A stretch of DNA of 64,000 nucleotides from Parcubacteria group bacterium (GTDB taxonomy: Bacteria; Patescibacteriota; Minisyncoccia; Phycocordibacterales; UBA2135): NCBI GenBank assembly GCA_016176785.1, contig JACOWN010000005.1, positions 1,202 through 65,201 on the forward strand. The letters are read 5' to 3'. Within the stretch, counting starts at the first letter, position 1; each line of letters opens with the position of its first letter. The translations under genes were made by a program, and so were the position numbers. The notes beneath the pieces are model-generated. The model was not told the DNA's origin, did no database searches, and worked only from the letters and a program-made list of their open reading frames with translations. Shown one piece after another: positions 55,873-63,706 of this stretch.

Positions 55873-55944
55873 GCACCCGTGGTGAAACGGATATCACAAC
55901 AGGCTTCGGACCTGTCGTTGGGGGTTCGAATCCCTCCGGGTGCA
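55873..55944 (+). tRNA. tRNA-Arg (anticodon TCG)
   Basis: Acceptor GCACCCG/CGGGTGC. D-stem GTGA/TCAC. Anticodon stem ACAGG/CCTGT, loop CTTCGGA. T-arm GGGGG-TTCGAAT-CCCTC (one G-U pair). Discriminator A. Confidence 0.8.
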
Positions 55945-56096
55945 TCAACACGAACAGAGCCGGACGCGGAGCGTCCGGCGACTTTCGTGTTTGCGTCGGG
56001 AGGGATTCGAAAGACGGAGGCGGGGGTACCCCGCAGAATGCATCAACACGAACAGAGCCGGACGCGGAGCGTCCGGCGACTTTCGTGTGTGCGTCG
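55941..56096 (+). repeat. Two ~58-bp direct repeats (55941-55998, 56039-56096) starting in the last 4 nt of tRNA-Arg. Each contains hairpin GCCGGACGC-ggag-GCGTCCGGC.
   Basis: TGCATCAACACGAACAGAGCCGGACGCGGAGCGTCCGGCGACTTTCGTGT(T/G)TGCGTCG read twice. The 40-bp spacer carries an inverted TTCGAATCCCTCC 13-mer identical to the tRNA-Arg T-arm/acceptor junction. Confidence 0.7.
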
Positions 56097-56130
56097 TTAT
56101 TTGAAAACTCAAGCGTAGCGCCGTCACAAC

Positions 56131-56198
56131 ATTCTCATATTCTTAAGAATATGAGAATGTTTTTGCGGTAAAAAGCCGCTCCCAAGAGAGCGGCTTAA
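56131..56198. terminator. Back-to-back terminators: ATTCTCATATTCTT/AAGAATATGAGAAT palindrome plus T-run (+ strand) and AAGCCGCTC...GAGCGGCTT plus T-run (minus strand, for the ClpP-like gene)
   Basis: Read directly. Confidence 0.6.
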
Positions 56199-56206
56199 TT
56201 CGCGCA

Positions 56207-56803
56207 TCACGCATCGGCTTTCAAAATCTCATGTATGATGCCGAGCTCAAGCGCCTGTTCGGCGGTCAGTCGCGTTCCGTTTATTCCCCCCGCCAGTTCA
56301 TGAAAATTTTTTTCGCTCATCGCGAAACGCGTTCTCTCGGCGAAAATTTTTGCAACAATCTCTTCCTCGTCCTTCAATTCGCGGAGCATATCCCCGATTA
56401 TCGTGAGCGTCAGACGGCCGGAAGGCGCTCGCTCTTTCAGGTCTTTATATTCAAACGCCCCCTCATGGATATGAAAACGCGTGTATTTCCCCGCGACGCG
56501 ATGTGCGCCGGCGAGAAAGAGAACGAGTGCCATTGAGCTCACCTCGCCAAGGGCGATCGTCCGTATGTTGCAGCCGGAGTTCATTAAGAGGTCATACAGG
56601 GCAATGCCTTCGGGCGTTGTTCCGCCAAGCGACGTCATCTGGATATTAAACCACCGCGGTTCACGCGCCGCCTCCTCCCCTCCCTCCTTTTCAAGAAATG
56701 ACGCAAGCCGTTCCGTGACTTTCTTTACCGTTATCTCCGCTATGGAGCCGGACAATATCAACAGCTCATTGTCTATCGCGTTCAGATAGCGCATTGTCGT
56801 CAC
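56207..56803 (-). CDS. ClpP-like (S14/crotonase-fold) serine peptidase family protein
   Basis: SLGGTTPEGIALYDLL...GEVSSMALVLFLAG...RFHIHEG resembles the ClpP Ser and His regions. It is divergent and may be a prohead-protease-like or inactive homologue. Confidence 0.5.
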   Translation of the reverse strand: MTTMRYLNAIDNELLILSGSIAEITVKKVTERLASFLEKEGGEEAAREPRWFNIQMTSLGGTTPEGIALYDLLMNSGCNIRTIALGEVSSMALVLFLAGAHRVAGKYTRFHIHEGAFEYKDLKERAPSGRLTLTIIGDMLRELKDEEEIVAKIFAERTRFAMSEKNFHELAGGINGTRLTAEQALELGIIHEILKADA

Positions 56804-57015
56804 CCGTTCACGGTCGTCTGCTTATATTGTGCGCGCTTTTTCTCCAAAAGAAAGGCGGCGCGCACTTGCAACTCCCCCTTTTTTGTTTCAGTGTTCTGTT
56901 TGAAGAAAAGCGCGCGGCATAGTATAATCCCACAAACGCGGGCTCCCGCACATTTTATATCACCGCGCTTTGCGTATTTCGTTTTTTTCAAAACAATGGT
57001 GTAAAAAATGTAAGA

Positions 57016-57086
57016 GCGGGCATAGTTTAGTGGTAGAACACGACATTGCCAATGTCGAAACGGGGGTTCGATTCCCCCTGCCCGCA
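57016..57086 (+). tRNA. tRNA-Gly (anticodon GCC)
   Basis: Acceptor GCGGGCA/TGCCCGC. Anticodon stem CGACA/TGTCG, loop TTGCCAA. T-arm GGGGG-TTCGATT-CCCCC. Discriminator A. Confidence 0.85.
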
Positions 57087-57334
57087 CAATAGTGGACTTT
57101 TTGCGATTCGGCGCATCAATCGCCGTTTCTATGTCAGAAAAATTGGAGGTTCTAACATCATCTAATTGCCCGCGTAGAGAAATTGAATTTTTTATTGCAG
57201 GGGAATAAATTCTTCTGAAAAATAAACCGTTTTTAAATGTTTTGAAGGAGGTTCTAACATGCCGTTGCAATTTATCAAAGTTTAAAGTAAGTTGGTAATA
57301 GAGCAAAAGAGCCATCCTGTCACAGGAGGAAAAG

Positions 57335-57655
57335 ATGAGGAGCAAGGTCTCAGTCATTTGCTGGTCGATTTTTGCAATTACAGTGATCGGCGCAGGAATC
57401 CTGATTTCAGATGCCTGTAATAGTGATCCAACTGGATGCGGATACGTGTTCGGATTAGGACCAATAGTTTTTTTGATGTATGGCGGTCTCCTTTATCTGC
57501 TCATCCCGCTTGTTGGTATTATCTTTGATGCTTACAAATGGAGGATGTTGAAGGACAAGGGGGTTGGAATTTGGGGAAGAACCGTGGGCACTTCTGTTTC
57601 TTTTGTCATCTCTGTCTGGGCATTCCCACTTTTACTTCTTCTGATCGGATTTTAA
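57335..57655 (+). CDS. Cassette 1 cargo: small 3-TM membrane protein
   Basis: AGGAGG SD 7 nt upstream. Hydrophobic helices VICWSIFAITVIGAGILI, IVFLMYGGLLYLLIPLVGII and SFVISVWAFPLLLLLIGF. Confidence 0.4.
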   Translation: MRSKVSVICWSIFAITVIGAGILISDACNSDPTGCGYVFGLGPIVFLMYGGLLYLLIPLVGIIFDAYKWRMLKDKGVGIWGRTVGTSVSFVISVWAFPLLLLLIGF

Positions 57656-58230
57656 CCAATCAGGCGCACGACCCACATACGGGTACGGCGCCTATTTTTT
57701 GTTGATGAGCTTTATGTACGTTGTGTTTGTTCTCGAATGGTACCCATAAAAATATCTCAGCCTGCTTCTATCAGCGTATTAAAGCGTTTTTGAAGCGTAG
57801 TAAACCATCATTGACTAGACTCATTACCGCCCCCTAGAGAGGTTCTAACCTGTTCTCCTAAAGTGCATAAAAATAACGAGCACAAAGCGGAGCTTTGGGC
57901 GACTATGTTTTTATAGCGGGTAGGGAGAATCGAACCGAGGGCTGGCGAAAGAAATCCATGAGAGTGACCGATCCCCCTGCCCGCACAATAGTGGACTTTT
58001 GACGCCCTCGCGCATCAATCGCCGTTTCTATTTCAGAAATCTTGCGGGTTCTAACATCGTCTCGTTGCCCGTATAGGGAAATGGAATTTTTTATTGACGA
58101 AAAATAAAATATTCTGAAAAAGAAACGGTTTTTTGATGACTTACCAGAGGTTCTAACACGGTTTACATTTGGGACACTATCTGTTAAATTGGTTAATAGA
58201 ATTCAAAGTGCAAGATTATGGAGGGTTATT

Positions 58231-58542
58231 ATGCCTAAAGCAGACGTGGTTCTTGAAATCTATTTTGACATTAATAATCCAGAGAAAACTGTAATAAAAA
58301 CCAACGCCAAGGAAGAAGCACTTGAAGAGATACTTGAAGCATGGCTGTATTGCCAAATTGGACAGGGTAAAGATGAGAGCAAGCCGAACAGACAGGATAC
58401 GTACAAAATAAAAATCCAATTGGATTTAAGCGACGACACTTTCTACACCAACAGCAATACGGGGAACAAAGGACTTACCTGCGGAATCATTATGGACGTG
58501 TTCAAGAGGTTGGGTCAGATCGAGGTTCTTAATCTTTCATAA
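58231..58542 (+). CDS. Cassette 2 cargo: small hydrophilic protein (103 aa)
   Basis: GGAGGG SD. Start at MPKADVV inside the track ORF 58189-58542. Followed by terminator GGCCGACATGTGTCGGCG plus a T-run. Confidence 0.35.
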   Translation: MPKADVVLEIYFDINNPEKTVIKTNAKEEALEEILEAWLYCQIGQGKDESKPNRQDTYKIKIQLDLSDDTFYTNSNTGNKGLTCGIIMDVFKRLGQIEVLNLS

Positions 58543-59099
58543 ATCATCAAGACAAAAAGTTAACGCCGACACATGTCGGCCTTTTTCTTTTAGAAAGGTT
58601 CTAACGTCGTCTATAAAAGTGCACAAGACAACAAAAATACAGGGCTTTTGTCCTGTATTTTTGTTGTCGTTATGCGAGGTAGAGCGAGCAAACTGCTTTG
58701 CTCGCGTGGGGAATCGAAAAGCGGAGCCATCCTGAGCGAGCGAAGCGAGTCGAAGGGGGCGAGCTCGGGGAGGAAGTTCTTAGCGAAGACGAGCGCGAAG
58801 TTTGAGCTTAGAAACTTGACCCCGATTCCCCCTGCCCGCACAGAATTTCATTTTGGGCGCTTCGTCAACGCTTAGGGTGTTTCTAGATCAAAGTTTTTAC
58901 GGGTTCTAACAACGCTCCTTTTCTTGTATAGGGAAGGAGAACTCTATAGAACTTAAAAATTAAAATTTTCTGAAAAACAAACGATTTTTTCATAATTTTG
59001 CAGAGGTTCTAACTTGTATGACGTTGCCTTGTGTTTTTTTTGGTTTGCGTTATATTGAACCTAGAATGCAACTAACTTCATCAAGAAAAGGAGCTCGGA

Positions 59100-59741
59100 A
59101 TGAGCAAGCTTCTCCATATCTTTTTTGCTTTAATGATAGCGATGGGATTGTCATCCACTTCTTCGTTCGCAACTGAACACGACGGGAATCCCAGTCTCTG
59201 CGAAAATCCGTGGGAATCGGAAGGCAGCACGTCGAGTGCGACTGAAATAGGAAGAAGCAGGCGCATCATCTCCGAGTGTAAGGTTGTTAATCCACAAACT
59301 CTGGATATTTCTTCAAACCCCGCTCTTGCTGATTTTTTGGGCGAAATAAAAAAAGATCTGTGGGACACTGAAAGATTGCCCAAAGATGTTCTCTATCGTT
59401 ATACCCTGACGATTATTAACGATTGGGACAAAAATGTTTCTGTAAATCTTTCGAGGTGGGAAGTTGTGCACTCACCGTACACATTGGTAGCGAAAGGTTT
59501 TGTTGTTGATATTCCAGCATGTTCGTATGCTCGCATTCAGTTTCTTTCTCCGTGGGCTCCTGAACTGTATGCTTCCCCCGTTAACATTGGCATGACGACT
59601 AAGGACGGAGAATGGTCAGCAATAGGCGACGGTATAGCAAGTATTCTGACGCCGGTGTGGTACCAGTATTTTTCAGAAGGAATGAATGTTGATCGCCTGC
59701 CTCCAGATGAAACAAAAACAAAGGCGTGTTCTTCAAAGTAA
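59100..59741 (+). CDS. Cassette 3 cargo: secreted protein (signal peptide, 213 aa)
   Basis: AAGGAG SD. Signal peptide MSKLLHIFFALMIAMGLSSTSSFA. Cys residues present. No known motifs. Confidence 0.4.
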   Translation: MSKLLHIFFALMIAMGLSSTSSFATEHDGNPSLCENPWESEGSTSSATEIGRSRRIISECKVVNPQTLDISSNPALADFLGEIKKDLWDTERLPKDVLYRYTLTIINDWDKNVSVNLSRWEVVHSPYTLVAKGFVVDIPACSYARIQFLSPWAPELYASPVNIGMTTKDGEWSAIGDGIASILTPVWYQYFSEGMNVDRLPPDETKTKACSSK

Positions 59742-59949
59742 TAGCCATTTTTGGACAAACGAGCCCTGCGAATAAGTGGGGCTTTTTGTTTAAAAACAGG
59801 TTCTAACTTGTTCTCCTAAAGTGCATAAAAATAACGAGCACAAAGCGGAGCTTTGGGCGACTATGTTTTTATAGCGGGTAGGGAGAATCGAACCGAGGGC
59901 TGGCGAAGCGTATGCAACGCACAAACAATCGATTCGCGGGGATTTTTGT

Positions 59950-60746
59950 GGGAAATTACGTTTCACATGAAAACTTTTGCAAAAGAATGAGAGTATAGTT
60001 TTAATCTTCTGGGGATAACTCTGTGGATTTGTGTATAAAGGACATTGGTTGTTTTTGTCTTTTTGCTCATGATGTCCTATTTGTTCCTTTATTTTCCTGT
60101 GTTTTTATGTTATTCTAAAAAAGACAATCAAAATTAGTTTATGGTTTTCACGTGAAACATAGCGATAGTTTTCACGTGAAAACACTTTTCATGTGTAACA
60201 TACTAGTGAGTTAGTTACATGTGAAATGATTTTTCTGTGTAATAATGAAGTATCTAGATGAACTTAAGAAATTGCGTTTACATTGCGGAGAATATGCCGT
60301 TTTTGGCTCCGGACCGCTTGCGATAAGAGGATTGGTAGAAAACACCGACATTGATCTTGTCGTTAGCGGTGACTTATGGGGGAAGTTAAATAAAGAATAT
60401 CTGAAGCGTTAAAAATCGTAGTTTCATGTGTAACACATGGCTCCGCATAATAAAATCGGAACATTGGGGGAAAATATTGCTTGCCGTTATCTTGAAAATA
60501 GGGGTTTTGATATTATTGAGCGGAATTATAGAAAACCGTGGGGAGAAATTGACATTATTTCCGTAAAAAATGGTTTTCTTCATTTTATTGAGGTAAAAAC
60601 GGTTACACGTGTAACAAGCAATGGTACGCAAAGAGGAGAGTTCCGCCCCGAGGACGCGGTTCACCGGTGGAAACAAGAGAGAATGCGGCGAGTTATACAG
60701 TCATACCTATCTGATTACAAGAAAAGGAATGTTACACGTGTAACTG
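59950..60746. repeat. Nine copies of a CACGTG/CATGTG-centred palindrome (TTTCACGTGAAA / GTTACACGTGTAAC) in 800 bp
   Basis: Copies read at 59950, 60144, 60168, 60186, 60213, 60421 (overlaps the yraN-like ATG), 60601 and 60731. The last two lie inside the CDS and both encode VTRVT. Region GC is ~33-38%. Confidence 0.65.
60245..60412 (+). pseudogene. 56-codon ORF resembling the N-terminus of a minimal nucleotidyltransferase (possible gene fragment)
   Basis: MKYLDELKKLRLHCGEYAVFGSGPLAIRGLVENTDIDLVVSGDLWGKLNKEYLKR. The G[SG]x(9-13)DxD pattern is present but the protein is far too short. Below the ORF-track cutoff and found by reading the sequence. Confidence 0.25.
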
Positions 60747-60853
60747 ATCAAAACTCCGGAGAACAAAATTGGCAGTTTGATATAGTCGCCATTGAACTTA
60801 ATTTAGAACAAAAAACATCAAAAGTTAGATTTCTGGAACAAATGACTTTATAA
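60437..60853 (+). CDS. YraN/UPF0102-family endonuclease-like protein
   Basis: IGTLGENIACRYLENRGFDIIERNYRKPWGEIDIISVKNGFLHFIEVKT is the family signature (PD-(D/E)xK-like core). AT-rich codon usage. Confidence 0.72.
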   Translation: MAPHNKIGTLGENIACRYLENRGFDIIERNYRKPWGEIDIISVKNGFLHFIEVKTVTRVTSNGTQRGEFRPEDAVHRWKQERMRRVIQSYLSDYKKRNVTRVTDQNSGEQNWQFDIVAIELNLEQKTSKVRFLEQMTL

Positions 60854-60943
60854 AGGACATTTGTCCTTTATAAATGTCTTTTACAAAACATTCGGTTGCG
60901 GAACGGTGGTTTTTATTTTTGACGCGTGATATATTTCTTGCAT

Positions 60944-61014
60944 CGGGCTGTAGTATATCGGCAGTACACATGCATGGGGTGCATGTAGGCCGGGTTCGAT
61001 TCCCGGCAGCCCGA
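60944..61014 (+). tRNA. tRNA-Pro (anticodon GGG)
   Basis: Acceptor CGGGCTG/CAGCCCG. D-stem GTAT/GTAC (one G-U pair). Anticodon stem CATGC/GCATG, loop ATGGGGT. T-arm CCGGG-TTCGATT-CCCGG. Discriminator A. Confidence 0.78.
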
Positions 61015-61162
61015 ACGCAGTGAGGGATGAGCAGGCAAACTGCTTTGCCTGCGTCCGGAATCGAAAGCCGGAGCATCCCGCCAAGGGCGGGAGCGAGGCG
61101 GGGTCGCAAGTACTTATGAGCGGAGCGAATTAGTAACTTGTGACCGATTCCCGGCAGCCCGA
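61015..61162 (+). mobile_element. 130-bp insertion remnant flanked by 18-bp direct repeat of the tRNA-Pro 3' end (60997-61014 and 61145-61162). Homologous to the A' arm of the tRNA-Gly array.
   Basis: CGATTCCCGGCAGCCCGA read twice. Internal GAGCAGGCAAACTGCTTTGCCTGCGTCCGGAATCGAAAGCCGGAGCATCCC (61029-61079) is ~80% identical to 58683-58733. Confidence 0.6.
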
Positions 61163-61191
61163 TATATCAGATTGGTTTAGATATTTATTCC

Positions 61192-61842
61192 ATGAAAAAA
61201 CAATTTTTTATTTCGCTGGTCATTTTTCTGGCGGTTTTTGCGTACGCCGTCATCAGATACAACGTACTTAAAGGTACTCCCTGGATTGACCTGCCTCTTT
61301 TTGTTTCCAACAAAGCTATTTCACTTTCTGCCGTCATATTCATTGCGCTCTCATATGCGCTCGGCTCCCTCGCGCGGTTTTGGCCGGAAACAATTCTTTC
61401 TGTCTTGACCTTTCGCAAATTTTTTGGATTGCTCGGCTTCGGGCTCGCGGCATTTCATGCCGCCGTCTCGCTGCTCATTTTTACGCCATCGTATTATCCG
61501 AAGTTCTTCTTGGGTGGGGAAAAACTTAACCTTACCGGAGAGCTTTCTTTATTTTTTGGTGTTTTAGCATTTTTTGTTTTTACGCTGGTAGCCATTTCCT
61601 CAATTCCCGCAGTGGCACGAGCGATGGAGCGGGAACGCTGGCTGGCAATCCAACGGTTCGGCTACCTCGGTCTTGTCCTGGTCTTTTTCCACGTGTTCGT
61701 TATGGGTTTTGAGGGGTGGCTCCGACCCGCCGGTTGGCCCGGCGGGTTGTTGCCGATAAGCCTTATTGCCGCCGTTGTCATAGCATTGGCGCTGTTATTA
61801 AAAATTGCGGCAACGATTTTTTCTAAAAAACGGATCGGATGA
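61192..61842 (+). CDS. Ferric-reductase-like transmembrane domain protein (MsrQ/YedZ-like, 6 TM, conserved His pairs)
   Basis: Six hydrophobic helices with His residues in helices 3 and 5 (FGLAAFHAAVSLL, VLVFFHVFVMGF), the heme-binding arrangement of the ferric reductase domain. Confidence 0.5.
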   Translation: MKKQFFISLVIFLAVFAYAVIRYNVLKGTPWIDLPLFVSNKAISLSAVIFIALSYALGSLARFWPETILSVLTFRKFFGLLGFGLAAFHAAVSLLIFTPSYYPKFFLGGEKLNLTGELSLFFGVLAFFVFTLVAISSIPAVARAMERERWLAIQRFGYLGLVLVFFHVFVMGFEGWLRPAGWPGGLLPISLIAAVVIALALLLKIAATIFSKKRIG

Positions 61843-61922
61843 AAATGCGGTTGGGGAGTATGACACGCAAAAAGTCAGCTCCGCCGTCGGCGGAGCTGAC
61901 TTTTTCTGGTTCGTATTGCGCG

Positions 61923-62474
61923 CTAGCCGATCACTTCTTTTTTTATCTGCTCCCACCACGAGAGCGTGTCTTCCTGCAATTTTTTATACACGCGATCGTA
62001 AATTTCGCGGAAAAATTCGTTGCCGCCCTCAATTTCTTCGCCGCATTTCGCAAGGAGCGTGAGGCGGTCCGCCATTTTCACGATTTGCGCTTCAAGCGTT
62101 TTTGATTCGCTTTCCTCATTCCAGAGCCGCTCATAGTGGCGCGCAAGCCTCGGCGGGAGATCGCGAAATACTTCTTTGATGCTCGCCCTATTTACCCTTC
62201 GGATGGCGTCGTTCACTTCTTTTGAGTGATGCTTGAAGGGGGAAAGAATATCGCCCGAGAATATTTCGTCCATATCATGCACGAGCGCCATGGTGATCGC
62301 CTTTTCGGAATCCATTTCGTATTTCCTGTTTTTCAAAAGTTGGCAAAGAAGCGCGGTAGTGTATGCGACGTAAAAAGAGTGCGTCGCGACGTTCTCATGA
62401 AAATGCTGCGGTCGCGCGTTGAAGCGAACGATGTGCGCGAGTGACCGGTTCGCTATGTGGTCAAAAAGAGGCAT
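61923..62474 (-). CDS. HD-domain 5'-deoxynucleotidase (YfbR-like)
   Basis: H...HD (ATHSFYVAY...LVHDMDEIFSGD) metal-binding motif typical of the YfbR family. 183 aa. Confidence 0.7.
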   Translation of the reverse strand: MPLFDHIANRSLAHIVRFNARPQHFHENVATHSFYVAYTTALLCQLLKNRKYEMDSEKAITMALVHDMDEIFSGDILSPFKHHSKEVNDAIRRVNRASIKEVFRDLPPRLARHYERLWNEESESKTLEAQIVKMADRLTLLAKCGEEIEGGNEFFREIYDRVYKKLQEDTLSWWEQIKKEVIG

Positions 62475-62557
62475 GCCTTAAGTATAGGGCGTACAGAACA
62501 AAGTATAAAGCGCACTGTATGGACGAAACGGTTGTTTGTTGGTAAAATTGACATAAT

Positions 62558-63313
62558 ATGTTGCAAGAACTGCAAGAATTAGGGCTTTCGGAGAAGGAAG
62601 CGCGAGTGTATCTCGCCGCTCTTGAACTTGGTAAGGCAACGGCGGATGAGATAGCGAAGCAAGCCAATATAAAACGATCAACAGCGTATGTCCAAATCGG
62701 GTCTCTCCAAAAACAGGGCCTTATGAGTTCGTACGAAGAGGGTAAAAAAACATACTTTTCTCCCGAATCGCCCGAAAATCTCCGACGCACCGTTGAGAGA
62801 CAAAAACAAAATATAGATTTTAAACAGCAGGAGCTTAACAAAATTTTGCCTGAACTCTCGCATCTTTTTGAAGGTGTTGGTGAACGACCGCGCGTGAGAT
62901 TTTTTGACGGGAAAGAGGGGATCACGAGTTTACGTGAGGAGATCTTTCATGCTAAGCGGGGGGTGGCGTATGTCATCTATTCTTTTGACGCCCTCGCTTC
63001 TATTTATTCTGAAGAAGAACTCATTGCTTTTGCGGAGAAAAGAGCCGCAAAAAAGATCCCCTTTAAATTGATTTACACACGTGAAGAAGGAAAATTCGGG
63101 TATCCTGTACGCACACCATTTACCGAACGACGTTTTATGTCGCCTGAACGCATGCCCCTGAGCGCAGACATCTTTGTGTTTGATAATCGTGTCGGCGTAA
63201 TGTCATTGAAAGGAAAAATTTTTGGTGTTCTTATTGAAAGCGAAGAAATCGCGGAAAGCATCCGAAGTATTTTTAACGTTCTTTGGAATATCGCGGAGGA
63301 GGAAGTGTCTTGA
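62558..63313 (+). CDS. TrmB-family transcriptional regulator
   Basis: N-terminal wHTH LSEKEARVYLAALELGKATADEIAKQANIKRSTAYVQIGSLQKQGLM. Coiled-coil linker. C-terminal TrmB-type effector domain. Confidence 0.68.
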   Translation: MLQELQELGLSEKEARVYLAALELGKATADEIAKQANIKRSTAYVQIGSLQKQGLMSSYEEGKKTYFSPESPENLRRTVERQKQNIDFKQQELNKILPELSHLFEGVGERPRVRFFDGKEGITSLREEIFHAKRGVAYVIYSFDALASIYSEEELIAFAEKRAAKKIPFKLIYTREEGKFGYPVRTPFTERRFMSPERMPLSADIFVFDNRVGVMSLKGKIFGVLIESEEIAESIRSIFNVLWNIAEEEVS

Positions 63314-63333
63314 GTTTCTTTAAGGAAAAAAGT

Positions 63334-63370
63334 AAGGCCGCGTTGCCCTTGAGCAACGCGGCCTTTCTGC
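63334..63370 (+). terminator. Rho-independent terminator after the trmB-like gene
   Basis: AAGGCCGCGTTGC-ccttga-GCAACGCGGCCTT plus TCTGC. Followed by further hairpins CGGCGGCTGG-cta-CCAGCCGCCG and GTCGCCGC...GCGGCGAC. Confidence 0.6.
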
Positions 63371-63672
63371 ACGGCGGCTGGCTACCAGCCGCCGCCTCCG
63401 TCGCCGCCTTCCGTGAGAGCGGCGACCCTCTTCCTTAAGAACACTACTCCACCCTCCTTTTTGTAGGTGGCTGCCCTAGTGCCCTAGATAGGCTGGGGCA
63501 TCTTTTGCATTGTATCCGAATTCAATGATTTTGTCAAATATTGCTGACGAGCGCAGTTTTCATGCAGGGCTCGTAAAATTTATGTCAAAGAATAAAAACA
63601 AAAATATTACCCATAAAAACCCTTATTTATCAACGTTTTTTTTGAGTCTTAAAAATAAAAAGGCAAAAATAC

Positions 63673-63700
63673 TTGACAAACTTTTTTGTTCGTGTATACT
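63673..63700 (+). promoter_or_regulatory. Consensus sigma70-type promoter TTGACA-16-TATACT
   Basis: -35 at 63673-63678, -10 at 63695-63700 with an upstream TG. Sits in an AT-rich ~200-bp spacer. Confidence 0.6.
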
Positions 63701-63706
63701 GCCATC

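Larger units (their letters stand above)
57068..59907 (+). mobile_element. Tandem array of three single-gene cassettes at tRNA-Gly, each bounded by a copy of the tRNA 3' end and conserved 'B' (leader) and 'A' (trailer) arm repeats containing GGTTCTAAC
   Basis: tRNA-Gly 3' 19-mer GATTCCCCCTGCCCGCACA at 57068-57086, 57969-57986 (one T deleted) and 58824-58842. B units with two GGTTCTAAC copies at 57087-57334, 57987-58230 and 58843-59099. A units at 57841-57949 and 59799-59907 (108/109 identical). GC drops to ~40-45%. Confidence 0.7.

Noticed and set aside
55999-56038. Inverted tRNA-like segment between the tRNA-Arg direct repeats as a second tRNA gene
   Set aside because: Only the 13-nt TTCGAATCCCTCC block matches a tRNA. 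No acceptor, D-arm or anticodon arm can be drawn.
57087-59907. Possibility that the GGTTCTAAC-containing repeats form a CRISPR array
   Set aside because: The repeat units are 110-250 bp, unequal, separated by kilobase-scale spacers containing SD-led ORFs, and each is tied to a tRNA 3'-end copy. This is not the 25-40 bp regular repeat/spacer structure of CRISPR, and there are no cas genes.
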